From NCBI RefSeq assembly GCF_001194135.2, contig NC_068981.1:130944928-130992654 (forward strand): a stretch of 47,727 bases of DNA, written 5' to 3'. Under the pieces are notes generated by a model that saw only the letters and a program-made list of their open reading frames with translations, was not told where the DNA came from and did no database searches. Shown one piece after another: positions 12,342-23,955 of this stretch. Within the stretch, counting starts at the first letter, position 1, and the number at the start of each line of letters is the position of its first letter. This DNA comes from Octopus bimaculoides (Eukaryota). The position numbers and the translations under genes are program-made.

Positions 12342-12680
12342 TGTTGTAAAGCGGTCTTTTACCACTCTTGTATCTGTCTTTTGACGACGGCGGTTGCTCA
12401 GACAGATATTATTATATTCCGAAGTCGTCGATAGAATGGTTCTATCTGGCACTGTACGACCCCAGTTGTACAGTGTTATTATTCTCAAAAGATTGGATCA
12501 ATATAATGTCCGCTCGGTATCACAGTATAATAACAATATCAACACAGACAAGACTTTCAACAGTCTACACGTACTCTTGACCTTTCCACTTTGTTTTTGA
12601 CGGCCGGCTCCTGGTCTATTTATAATGTCTGGCTACTACCATTTTTTACCGGGCAGGGTGTACAATTTCATTATATAACA
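12342..12680 (-). repeat. 5' LTR of the Gypsy element (about 339 bp)
   Basis: Minus strand begins TGTTATA and ends TACAACA (TG..CA, imperfect terminal inverted repeat), immediately followed by the PBS. Confidence 0.75.
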
Positions 12681-12828
12681 CATATGAAGACATTTGCTCA
12701 AGGTGCCTCTCTCTCTCTCACCCTCTGTCTCTCCTTCACTCTCTCCACCCCTCTGTCTCTCCTTCACTCTCTCCACCCCTCTCTCTTTTACCGTGTCTAT
12801 ATATATTACTACATATATTACATATATA

Positions 12829-12860
<32 letters not shown>

Positions 12861-13091
12861 NNNNNNNNNNNNNNNNNNNNNNNNNNNNNNNNNNNNNNNN
12901 NNNNNNNNNNNNNNNNNNNNNNNNNNNNNNNNNNNNNNNNNNNNNNNNNNNNNNNNNNNNNNNNNNNNNNNNNNNNNNNNNNNNNNNNNNNNNNNNNNNN
13001 NNNNNGCATACATACATATATATATATATACATACATACATGCATACATACATACATAATTTTGTTTATTATATATATATATTTATATATA

Positions 13092-13945
13092 CAGGGTGCG
13101 GTGAATAAACTGTCGTCCAAATTACTCAATAATGAAAATAAAACTGACACCTCATTTTAACTGATATATTTAACAAAAGTACATAAGAATATCTTGAAAT
13201 ACTAACAAGTAAATTTATTCAATAAAATCGCCATTGGCTTCAACCATGGCCTCCAGACGACTTCGGAATCTCTTGCAACTCTTCTGGACGGTCTCCTTGT
13301 TTAAGTTGGTCAATGCTGCCATAATCTTTACTTTCAGTTCGTCTTTGGTGTTACAAGGAGTTTTGTTGGTCTCTCGCTCAACTGCGCCCCACGCATAATA
13401 ATCAATGGGGTTGCAGTCTGGGGCGTTAGATGACCAGACGTTAGGGGTGATGTGGTCGCAGACATTGTCTGACAGCAATGACTGGGTTCTCCTGCTTGTA
13501 TGGCATGCTGCAGAGTCCTGTTGTCAGACATAGTGTCTTCCAGCAGCTACTCTCTTGTTCTAGGGCAGCACTATCTCCTCCAGGCACTTGATGCAGGCTT
13601 CCATGTTGAGTGTGAGGCCATGTGGGAACATGGAGGCATGACGTTGCCCTCACTAGTGATAACGCCAAACACCATGATGTTGACTGGATGTTTGATTTTT
13701 ATCACTCCCGGTACATGTTTTCGGGACACGACAAACACTCAGATTGACACCAAAACACTCTGAAACGTTTGTATTGGAGCTTCCGGCGCGAATGCTAAGT
13801 AGTACAGCATGTCGTTTCCAAATTTCTGGCAGAGTGAATTGCGTCTTGGTGCTGTTTTTCTCACAGACAGTGCCCAATTGGACTCTACTCCACTGTATAG
13901 TCAACAAAATCAAACACTAACAATGCGCATGCGCGAAATTAAATA
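13092..13945 (-). mobile_element. Internally deleted Tc1/mariner element of the DD37D (maT) family
   Basis: TA-CAGGGTGCGGT terminus at 13090-13102. Minus-strand V*QQD...WSSNAPDCNPIDYYAWG with 37 residues between the last two Asp. C-terminus RFRSRLEAMVEANGDFIE. N-terminal HTH remnant is joined to the catalytic region by a deletion. The other TIR is replaced by microsatellite. Confidence 0.88.
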
Positions 13946-13974
13946 CCTATATACATACACACACACACTCACAC

Positions 13975-13976
<2 letters not shown>

Positions 13977-14026
<50 letters not shown>
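13977..14026. repeat. (TATC)n microsatellite
   Basis: Directly visible. Confidence 0.98.
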
Positions 14027-14027
<1 letters not shown>

Positions 14028-14086
14028 GATTGATCGCTAAATCCACAAGTTTTAAAAATTCTCTTTCTGTTTATTTCCTCACATAC

Positions 14087-14122
14087 CTTTCTGTTGAAGA
14101 GCGTAGGCTCGAAACATAAAAG
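14087..14122 (+). ncRNA. Hammerhead-like motif, variant core CUGUUGA (copy 1; lies in a short repeat at about 14040-14210)
   Basis: CTTT-CTGTTGA-A-GAGC-gtag-GCTC-GAAA-C-ATA-AAAG; homologous copy at 39451-39486. Confidence 0.45.
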
Positions 14123-14231
14123 ATTTTCTCACTTTCCCGAGAATCAAACTAATTCACCTGCTTGTTGTTCATACACCTGTCTTCGTCTTTTGTTTTTCTG
14201 TAAATTTCAACTGTATATATATATATATATA

Positions 14232-14393
14232 GGCGCAGGTGAGGCCGTGAGATGAGAACTTTACTCCCCAACCAAATGGTTTACGGTTCAGTCTCACAGC
14301 GTAGAACCGTGGGCAACTGTCTTCTACAATAGCTTCGAGCCAATCAAAGCCCTGTGAGTGAACTTGTTAGCGGAAACTGAAAGAAGCCCGTCG
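14232..14393 (+). mobile_element. tRNA-derived SINE family C, 5' half
   Basis: Homologous to the GGCGCAGGAGTGGCTGTGTGG...GGTTCAGTCCC head at 46120; ends GGAAACTGAAAGAAGCCCGTCG before (TA)n. Confidence 0.85.
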
Positions 14394-15454
14394 TGTCTAT
14401 ATATATATATTGAATATGCCATCCATTCGCACACGTAATTATGGCTCCTGGAAAAAGCCATGAGAAAATTGAAAAAAATTGGGTTGAGTAATGAAATCNN
14501 NNNNNNNNNNNNNNNNNNNNNNNNNNNNNNNNNNNNNNNNNNNNNNNNNNNNNNNNNNNNNNNNNNNNNNNNNNNNNNNNNNNNNNNNNNNNNNNNNNNN
14601 NNNNNNNNNNNNNNNNNNNNNNNNNNNNNNNNNNNNNNNNNNNNNNNNNNNNNNNNNNNNNNNNNNNNNNNNNNNNNNNNNNNNNNNNNNNNNNNNNNNN
14701 NNNNNNNNNNNNNNNNNNNNNNNNNNNNNNNNNNNNNNNNNNNNNNNNNNNNNNNNNNNNNNNNNNNNNNNNNNNNNNNNNNNNNNNNNNNNNNNNNNNN
14801 NNNNNNNNNNNNNNNNNNNNNNNNNNNNNNNNNNNNNNNNNNNNNNNNNNNNNNNNNNNNNNNNNNNNNNNNNNNNNNNNNNNNNNNNNNNNNNNNNNNN
14901 NNNNNNNNNNNNNNNNNNNNNNNNNNNNNNNNNNNNNNNNNNNNNNNNNNNNNNNNNNNNNNNNNNNNNNNNNNNNNNNNNNNNNNNNNNNNNNNNNNNN
15001 NNNNNNNNNNNNNNNNNNNNNNNNNNNNNNNNNNNNNNNNNNNNNNNNNNNNNNNNNNNNNNNNNNNNNNNNNNNNNNNNNNNNNNNNNNNNNNNNNNNN
15101 NNNNNNNNNNNNNNNNNNNNNNNNNNNNNNNNNNNNNNNNNNNNNNNNNNNNNNNNNNNNNNNNNNNNNNNNNNNNNNNNNNNNNNNNNNNNNNNNNNNN
15201 NNNNNNNNNNNNNNNNNNNNNNNNNNNNNNNNNNNNNNNNNNNNNNNNNNNNNNNNNNNNNNNNNNNNNNNNNNNNNNNNNNNNNNNNNNNNNNNNNNNN
15301 NNNNNNNNNNNNNNNNNNNNNNNNNNNNNNNNNNNNNNNNNNNNNNNNNNNNNNNNNNNNNNNNNNNNNNNNNNNNNNNNNNNNNNNNNCACAATTAATA
15401 CAACCTTTCCTTTTCTGTCCTACATGTCCACTCGTAGATCAATACAAACTTGCA

Positions 15455-15522
15455 TTTTTCTTTCTTCCTTTCCTTCTTTGTTTCTTTCTTTGTTTCATTC
15501 ATTCATTCATTCATTCATTCAT

Positions 15523-15561
<39 letters not shown>

Positions 15562-15625
15562 GTCTGTCTTTTATCGTTTTCCCTATCTCCATCTCTAAAA
15601 ATAAACAAGAAACAGCTGACGTTGC

Positions 15626-15679
<54 letters not shown>

Positions 15680-15735
15680 GTCCTTGTGTTTGTACTTGTC
15701 CTTGTGCTTGTCCTTGTGCTTGTCCTTGTGTTTGT
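15455..15735. repeat. Compound (TTCA)/(TTTC)n, (TG)n and 12-bp CTTGTCCTTGTG repeats
   Basis: Directly visible. Confidence 0.95.
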
Positions 15736-15869
15736 ACCCCACCACCAGTTGACAACCGGTGTTGGATTGTTTACATCCCCGTAACCTTGCGGCTCGGCAA
15801 AAGAAACCAATAGAATAAGTACTAAACGTTAAAATAAATAAGCACTGGGATCGACTTCTGTGACAAAAC

Positions 15870-16392
15870 CAGAGGTTCTCAACCATTTTTAAACTATGGA
15901 CTCCTTTGATTCCTGTTTTACGCGGGTGGACTCTCCTAGCCATTCGATGTTTTAAAACATCCTATTATATTTTTAGAATCAAATATTAAGAATTGTAGTG
16001 ATGCGGCGAGCTGGCAGAATCGTTAGCACCCTGGACAAAGTGCTTAGCGGTATTTTGCCCGTAGCTACGTTCTGAATTCACATTCCACCGAGGTCGATTT
16101 TGCCTTTCATCCTTTCGGGGTCGATAAATTAAGTACCAGTGAAACACTGGGGTCGACATAATCGACTAGTCCCGTCCCCACAAATTTGATGCTTTATGCC
16201 TCCAGCAGACTAGATTATTAACGATTGCAGTAAAAAGAATTGTTAAAATATTTTGGATATTGTAGAAGTATAACCAATTTATTCAGGATTACTTTTAACA
16301 ACAAAATGTCTTATGGGCCCCAAGGTTCATATGAACCCCTAAGGTTAATATGGACCTCTAAGGGTCGTTTGAAACCCGGTTGAGAAACACTG
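15870..16392. mobile_element. hAT (Charlie-like) MITE carrying a SINE insertion
   Basis: TIRs CAGAGGTTCTCAACC (15870-15884) and GGTTGAGAAACACTG (16378-16392), 13/15 match. The putative 8-bp TSD is decayed (5/8). Confidence 0.8.
16003..16218 (+). mobile_element. tRNA-derived SINE family A
   Basis: A-box TGGCAGAATCG, B-box-like GAATTCACATTCC, central CCTTTCATCCTTTCGGGGTCGATAAATTAAGTACCAG; many homologues in the window. Confidence 0.9.
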
Positions 16393-16738
16393 AACTCAAC
16401 TCTTCAAGACGGTACCCCATCATGGCATCAGTACACTGACTGAAAGAGTTAAAAGATTAAAGATACATACAACTAGATCAAGTCAGGCAGATATAAAAGG
16501 ATGGAGACAGGTAGATTAATTGACATGTGATAAAGATAATCCCAAGTATACGTATTTATTACCCCTTGAGGTGCTTTATATTTTTTTATTGTTGATGTGC
16601 TAGCTCTGCGTAGATAGAAAACGAGATAATTTAGGAAAAATTAAGAAAACGTCTGCTAGTGTGGTCTGTTTATGACTCGTAGAGTCATAAACATGTCAAA
16701 ACACCCATGCTTTGGCATCCACCTAAACTACGCATATA

Positions 16739-16770
<32 letters not shown>

Positions 16771-17217
16771 NNNNNNNNNNNNNNNNNNNNNNNNNNNNNN
16801 NNNNNNNNNNNNNNNNNNNNNNNNNNNNNNNNNNNNNNNNNNNNNNNNNNNNNNNNNNNNNNNNNNNNNNNNNNNNNNNNNNNNNNNNNNNNNNNNNNNN
16901 NNNNNNNNNNNNNNNNNNNNNNNNNNNNNNNNNNNNNNNNNNNNNNNNNNNNNNNNNNNNNNNNNNNNNNNNNNNNNNNNNNNNNNNNNNNNNNNNNNNN
17001 NNNNNNNNNNNNNNNNNNNNNNNNNNNNNNNNNNNNNNNNNNNNNNNNNNNNNNNNNNNNNNNNNNNNNNNNNNNNNNNNNNNNNNNNNNNNNNNNNNNN
17101 NNNNNNNNNNNNNNNNNNNNNNNNNNNNNNNNNNNNNNNNNNNNNNNNNNNNNNNNNNNNNNNNNNNNNNNNNNNNNNNNNNNNNNNNNNNNNNNNNNNN
17201 NNNNNNNNNNNNNNNNN

Positions 17218-17251
<34 letters not shown>

Positions 17252-17473
17252 CATATAGATGAATGCATTTATGTATATATTTTGTATACCATGGAGAATT
17301 TCCTTAATATAGATTGAATGAATATATACATCGACCTTTGAATTTGTCTTCTCTCCCCCTTAATTCTATATACATATACACATATACATAGATATACAAT
17401 ACATACACACTCGTCCACAGACATATTCTAAGTGACACGCATACCCCCCCCACACACACACACACACATATAC

Positions 17474-17628
17474 AACGGGATTTTTTCAGTTTCCATCTAC
17501 CAAATCAACTCATAAGGCTTTGGTTGGCCTGAGGCTAAAGTGAAGATACTTGGCCAAGGCGTCACGCAGTGGGACTGAAACCGAATCATGTAGTTGGGAA
17601 GCAAGCTTATTACCAGCCACGCCTGCGA
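17474..17628 (-). mobile_element. SINE family C, 5' half
   Basis: Reverse complement matches the 14232 and 46120 heads. Confidence 0.85.
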
Positions 17629-17697
17629 TATATATGTGTATGCGTGTGTGTGTGTGTGTGTGTATGTGTGTGTGTGTATGTTTGTGTCTATATATAT

Positions 17698-17741
<44 letters not shown>

Positions 17742-18207
17742 NNNNNNNNNNNNNNNNNNNNNNNNNNNNNNNNNNNNNNNNNNNNNNNNNNNNNNNNNNN
17801 NNNNNNNNNNNNNNNNNNNNNNNNNNNNNNNNNNNNNNNNNNNNNNNNNNNNNNNNNNNNNNNNNNNNNNNNNNNNNNNNNNNNNNNNNNNNNNNNNNNN
17901 NNNNNNNNNNNNNNNNNNNNNNNNNNNNNNNNNNNNNNNNNNNNNNNNNNNNNNNNNNNNNNNNNNNNNNNNNNNNNNNNNNNNNNNNNNNNNNNNNNNN
18001 NNNNNNNNNNNNNNNNNNNNNNNNNNNNNNNNNNNNNNNNNNNNNNNNNNNNNNNNNNNNNNNNNNNNNNNNNNNNNNNNNNNNNNNNNNNNNNNNNNNN
18101 NNNNAAAGGAGTTATGGTGCGAATGGAAAGAAGAACGATCACCTATAAGGTGTTCTCGCTAAAAGGGAAAAAGGCCGAGCAGGTGGAAGCTGAAACGGAA
18201 AAAGCAC

Positions 18208-18365
18208 GTAATTTAGCAGTTCGGCAAAAAAGACCGACAGTATAAGTACTATGCTTACAAAGAATAAGTCCTGAGATCAATTTCTTCGATTAAAAAACCC
18301 TTTATGGCGGTGCTCCAGCATGGTCGCAGTCAAATAACCGAAACAAGTGAAAGAATAGAAAAAAA
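18208..18365 (+). mobile_element. SINE family C, 3' half
   Basis: Matches 46925-47068 (TAAGTACTATGCTTACAAAGAATAAGTCCT..GGCGGTGCTCCAGCATGG..GAAACAAGT). Confidence 0.88.
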
Positions 18366-19230
18366 TAAAAGAAGTAAATAAAAATGTAATTATCGTAAAA
18401 CTACACTTGTGTAGAAATTTCCATTGAAATAGAATACTGTGTGCCAGACAGAAAATATTTTATAACGTTTGAAAAAATAAAAAAAGAAAAAGGTTTGTGA
18501 CGAAACGAATGTCTTTTGATTACAAGTCTGCTTGATTAGAGTAGATCTGCGTTTAAAGAACAACAAATTCGCCGAAATATAATATTTGGCTTCACTTTTA
18601 AATAAGATGTTGGAGAATTAAGTAAAGCCTCCTCTCCGAAGATTCCTGACAATAATTGTTGGTCAATCGCAATCGCAAATGTTCCATAAATGTACTTCAA
18701 ACGTCGACTTTTCTTATTCGATGAGAAGTCTATTTGCTTTCAAATTTTTATCACTGGTCTTCCATCTTAAGTAAATGACATTTCAATCAGTACAAGAAAG
18801 TTTCGCAAAATAAATGCGTTTTCATGTTATTGTTGTTGTTATTGTCGTTAAGTCTAAGTCAGCGCTGATTAAGCAGTACCTGCAATAAAAATCGTTCAAA
18901 CTGTAACTATCTCGGTTGTATATTTAGACAGTATGCAACATGTTTTTAACCTTTCAAGACACTGGAGTGTGGTTTTGATGGATATTTGGCTGCTATTTCT
19001 AGCATATCAAGCAACCGTGTGGAAGATCCTCCCTTGGTTCGTGAGGCAGTTGGATGAATCTACAATTCCAGTAGTTCTTGTATTTCGCAATAAGATGAGA
19101 ATATAAAATCAACTTCCCATTGACCCCAGTTTATCACACACGTATATATATTTTTTATAACAATTCACAAATAAAATAGGCTCGTGTGTTGTGGTCAATG
19201 ATGAGTTTAAATATTTTCGATCAAATCTAA

Positions 19231-19421
19231 GGCACGCAGGTGGCAGAATCGTTGGCACTTGGGACATAAAGATAGTTTACAGCTTTTTATGCTCTGAGTT
19301 CAAATTCCGCCAAGGTTAACTTCGCCTTTCATGCTGTCAAGGTCGATAAAATAAGTACCAGTTGAACACTGCCCTCTCCCCTTACAATTTCAGTCTTTGT
19401 GCCTATGGTAGAAAGAATATT
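19231..19421 (+). mobile_element. SINE family A (diverged, internal deletions)
   Basis: TGGCAGAATCGTTGGCAC..GAGTTCAAATTCCGCC..GGTCGATAAAATAAGTACCAG..GTGCCTATGGTAGAAAGAAT. Confidence 0.85.
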
Positions 19422-20814
19422 TCGATCAGATCCCTAACCCACTAAACTGTACCTACACACTCAAGTACAAGAAAATACACTACTTGATTTTTGGGTAACA
19501 CAAATCGTACGCTTTTACTTTAAGCAATGGTTGCTTCTTTAGAAAATTCACAGTAAGTTCGAAACAAATTGATGCAAAATTCATCTAATCATTCCATTTT
19601 GAAAGGTTCTTTATTTTCTATAAGCGCTGTCCCTTTCTCGAACTAAATAATTAAAAAAATTTAAAGTTATTTTTTTCTATTCTCTTATTTCTTATGCCCA
19701 GCTCCTTATATCAGAAAGTGTTGCTGCAATCTAAAATTTATCCTAGATTTTACAGTTTTTAATGGATGGGGTATGTATATCACGCCCTGGATAGTGTGCT
19801 AGATTCTAGGATCCTCAACTACACATGTTTAGCAGTTCATCTGGAGCAGCTGTTCTCAAGAGGTGTTCAAGAGGAGCTTGAGTGTTTTGGAAACCGATTT
19901 CATAATTTTGTTACAGGAAAGTACGATTAGTAAAATGAAGCAATAATTTTCTGCATATCACTTTAAAATTTAAACCTTAACGATGATATTAAAAAAAAAA
20001 AAATTTCCATGTGATTTGCGCCAGTATTTCTGAGTTTCAATGCAAAGTACACAAGCAGTATTAATTTCCCATGAGCTATTTGAAACTTTTCATTCTAAGT
20101 ATACCACTATTTAAAAAAAAATTTCCATGCGAAGTGAACCAGTATTTTTAAGTTTGAATGCAAAATACATTAGTAATGTTTTCCCATTTAAAAAAAAAAT
20201 ACATATCTCATGTTTGTAACAAAGTGAAATAGAGTGAGGCCCACTCTTTTAATGTGCACATGACAAGTTAGCGTGGACAGGCGCGAACTCTGTACTCAAA
20301 ACCCAACGATATGTTTACCTCGTTTTACTTATGATATCTGTTTACAGCTAGATGAGTTAATCCAAAGAAAACTAAGTGTCTTAGACAGGTTCACTGCAGG
20401 TCGCTTGTGACAGAATATAAACATCTGGCACCCTAACGACTTGTTCAGCTGCATCTCACATTCCGAAAACTAGGTCAACCTTTTCACTTTTACTTTCTCA
20501 GTTGTGAGCTTATTTGCTGTTTTAACACTGCCATTGTACCTCAGTATTGTAAAAAATTGTTTATAATATCTTACTGTGACGTGTATCTAATCTACAGCGT
20601 CCCGTGGTATTCCAGTTATCATTTAAATTCTTTTCTGTGTATTCCATCTTTAGTTTGTTCAGATATAACCTACGCAGTTGTTTATTTTAAAGCTCATATC
20701 AAACTTCACAACCTTTTATATTCTTTGTCCAAGATTCAACTAAAGTTTCAATCTTCCAGCTCCCTCTCTCTATTTTTTCTTATTCCTCTCTCTCTCTCTC
20801 ACTCACGCACACAC

Positions 20815-20869
<55 letters not shown>

Positions 20870-20906
20870 NNNNNNNNNNATATGTTTTTATTGAAACTGC
20901 AAAATT

Positions 20907-20960
20907 ATCACAAGACTGTTACTCAAAGTTTCACGTTCCCGTTCATCGGACAGTTGTGAT
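20907..20960 (-). ncRNA. Type I hammerhead-like motif with all three helices (core U4C variant)
   Basis: Minus strand ATCACAACTGT-CCGATGA-ACG-ggaa-CGT-GAAA-CT-ttg-AG-TA-ACAG(tc)TTGTGAT. Confidence 0.6.
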
Positions 20961-21296
20961 GAAAACTGAATTATATATATATATATATGATAAATGAGTA
21001 TATGCATATATACGTACAGGTATGTGCATACCTACATCTACCTGTATATATAAATGCATATCTGGGTACAGGACATTGCAAACAAAACGTAGACAAGAAA
21101 ATAATAATAACCAGAGTACAAAAAACACACAAGCCACATAGAGAACATTTCCTTCATCAGCTATCCCCGTTTTAACACCGGCGTTTCGAATATATATATA
21201 TATATAATTAAGAATACACATTAAGTACGTCATCGCTGCGAGTAAAAAAATACGTAGATACACGAGAGATATGTATATATGTATGTACGAATGTAT

Positions 21297-23115
21297 ATTA
21301 TTATTATTATTATTATTATATAAATGTTCAAATATTTGGTAGATTGAGGCAAATTTCTACTGCATCACCTGCTATACCTCCATGTTGCTGGGGTGGTGGT
21401 GCAGCATTGTGTGTTCTTTTCTGCTGTTGGGAGTGTGCAAACTCTTCTCGGTACTGTATTGTGTTAGTTTTTTTTTCCTTTTGAGATGTGGTGCAGTCTT
21501 TTGTTGTGTTACTGCTTGTATTGTGTGTTGAGCGTGTAATACTTTGGTGTTCTAGCTTGCTGGTGGAAGTTTATTTCACTGGATAAATGCTGCATAGAGC
21601 GTGTCTTTGTGGGTTGTTTTGTTTAGATTGTATTATTGGATTGATAGTGTCTTGCGTAGGATATGGGCTGTTCCTAGTAAAACTATTTTTTGGACAGTGT
21701 GTAATGTTGAAGATCCAGGTGTAGCTTCTACGTTTTTGTTCATGTTTTATGTCTAATGCTCCGATTATCATTGGCGTTGTTTTTATCTTCACGTCCCACA
21801 TTTTGAATACTTCAATTTCGAGGTTTTTGTACTTTGACAATTTCTCCATTTCTTTTTTGACTGAAATATCTACCAGTAAGCAGATGTTTTTCCCAATCCT
21901 TGGCTATTATGTTGGGGCGATTATTTTTTTTTTTCTTTGTCGGTTTGAACCGGCATATCCTAGATGATTGTGGTCTGATTGTTGTCTTGTACCTTACTTG
22001 GCACATGCTTATATCACCTGTTGTCAATTTTGATGTTGTAATGTTGGCATATTGTCCAGTGGATATAACTACGTACTTTGTCATGTGTGTATTTATACTC
22101 AAACTTGGCAGGTACTGGGCAGCCCGAGATGATGTGGTCAACTGTCTCATTGTGCTGGTTGAGCATTCTGCATTTGGTGTTGAGGCTTGTTTTCATTATT
22201 TTGTTTTTATAATTTATTGTCGTCAGGCCTTGGTCTTGTGCAGCGGGAATCAGTCCTTCTTTTCTGGTTTTTAGTCCAGAGTTTTTGAGCCATTGTTGGC
22301 TTTTACTTAGGCTCACTTCCTTTCTGTCAAGCCTTGCAGGGTATTGGCCATGAAGTGATTTTTCTCTCCAATTCTTGAGTATCTTTTGTATTTCAGCTTT
22401 CATGTTGTTTTTGTCTCTTTCACTGTTTCTGCTATGTTGTCATCTTAGGTCAGTGTGCCAGTGTAGTTTGTTTCTGTTTTGTATTTTATCGCCTTCTTGT
22501 GTATAGAGAAAGGCGTTTTCTTTTTCTCGCGTTGCTTTACTACATGTAGTAGTCTTCCACTCTTTGTGTCTAAGTACTTTGCTAGTCCAACTGTTGTTAT
22601 TTAATTCTCTATCTGTAACAGGCCACGGCCTCCTTCTAAGCGGGAGTAGATATATTCTGTCTGCGTCTGCTTTGGGGTGGTGACTTCGGCACACTGTTAG
22701 TAGTTTTCTGGTTTTTCTATCTAGGTTTCTCACTTCACTGATCCTCTAGTTTATTATGTTAAAGCTGTAGTTTATGACTGGTATGGCTAACGTATTTATC
22801 CCTATTATCTTATTCTTATCATTAAGCTCAGTGTTTAATATTAGTCTAACTATTCAGTAGTACTCTCTCCTAATTTTCTCTTTCATTTCTGTGTGTTGTA
22901 TTTTAGCTGTTTCTTCTATTCCTAGATATTTGTATGGGCGGTTGTGGTCTAATTCTCTAAATTCTGTGTCTATATCGAGCTGAATAATTTGCCTTTTCTC
23001 AGCGTGACTTTGGCACATTTGTCCAGCTCCATGCTCTATTATTGTTATCGGACAGTGGAGTTCCTCGATTATCTCTAGAGGCCTTTCTGTATCAGGAGGG
23101 CCACATCTCAATCAT
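21297..23115 (-). mobile_element. 5'-truncated R4/Dong-like non-LTR retrotransposon with (TAA)n tail
   Basis: ELDKCAK; YKYLGIEE; RNLDRKTRKLLT..HHPKADADRIYL; SLHGQYP..WLKNSGL..AAQDQGL..CRM..ETVDHIISGCP..YIHWTICQHY; NRPNII (RLE); MEKLSKYKNLEIEV..IIGAL. 3' UTR, then (TAA)n at about 21297-21320. Confidence 0.92.
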
Positions 23116-23605
23116 TCTTCCCGCTACTTTTCTTTCTTTTTAAACCTTTGTATGCTATGCATTTCTATGTCATTTCTTTTTCAGTGTATACCATGTATAA
23201 TTAATTTCTTTGTTTCTTTCCTTTTTTATCATTTCATTATGTATGGGTGAGAGCTAACAGCATCAGCTCGATGGTGCGTATGTGCGTGTTTTCTAGGATG
23301 TGCGTACGTATGCTATCAGCTATCTGTGTATGTCTGCTTTCACGCGTGCACGAATATGTGTGTATGCATTAGCTATGTATATCAACTGAGTGTGTATCAG
23401 TTGTATATGCGCGCGCGTGTGTGTGCGTGGGTACAAATACGTGTGCATTAGTGCCTGCTGTATACGCGAGTATGTAGGACGCATGTACGGATGCGTATGC
23501 ATAATGATTGGTGAACGTTAGTATGTACATTATTGCATTTATTTCTGTACGTATGTATGTGCGCGGGTTTGTCTGATAAAAACATGTTTGCGTGCATGGG
23601 TATGA

Positions 23606-23640
<35 letters not shown>

Positions 23641-23955
23641 TGTATGCATGCTTTTGATATTTGTGTGTATGGGTATGAGTATATATATATATATATGTGC
23701 ATGTATGCATGCTTTTGATATTTATGTGTGCGAGCATGACTGGTGTATTCTAGCGTGGTTGCTTCTAGGGCGGGTGTAGGCGTTAGATTGAGGTTTGGTA
23801 TTGTTGGGAAGAGGAAGAAAGAAAGGAAAAGCACACGTGCATAGATGTGTGTGTGTGTGTGCGTGCGTGCGTGCGCACCAACATATATGGAGGCGAATGC
23901 AGGCAGTTACAGAGAATGCATAAGGTTGGAAGTTCAACTTCTGATGTGCGTAGAC

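Larger units (their letters stand above)
10430..12680 (-). mobile_element. Truncated Ty3/Gypsy LTR retrotransposon (5' LTR, PBS, gag, RT; protease and 3' half missing)
   Basis: Decayed gag (REFKYDPGEEVTFEPYF..TRLVLRKVGIAEHEKYSNFILPK..SLFNTRWKCL..FKCFIFAQGL; CFHCGSTGH knuckle). RT from RNVPFAAVD/WAAPAVYV through LDLSKAYLQ, LPFGINVAP and YLDD. No second LTR seen. Confidence 0.92.
15736..16465 (+). mobile_element. SINE family C 3' half, split by a hAT-like MITE
   Basis: 15736-15869 matches 46885-47005 (GACAACCG..GTTTAC..CCGTAAC..ATAGAATAAGTACT..). The continuation (TTCAAGACGGT..CCCATCATGGC..GACTGAAA) resumes at 16393. Confidence 0.75.

Noticed and set aside
16003-16090. tRNA genes at SINE heads
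   Set aside because: A/B boxes only; no cloverleaf, and the heads continue into SINE bodies.
19740-19910. Higher-complexity segment as a possible exon
   Set aside because: No recognisable peptide in any frame and no convincing splice pair.
20347-20410. Candidate micro-exon after TTTACAG (LDELIQRKLSVLDR)
   Set aside because: Good acceptor but weak donor, very short, and no homology recognised.
21150-21195. Minus-strand GAAACG...CTGATGA motif
   Set aside because: Wrong order for type I and no helices could be built.
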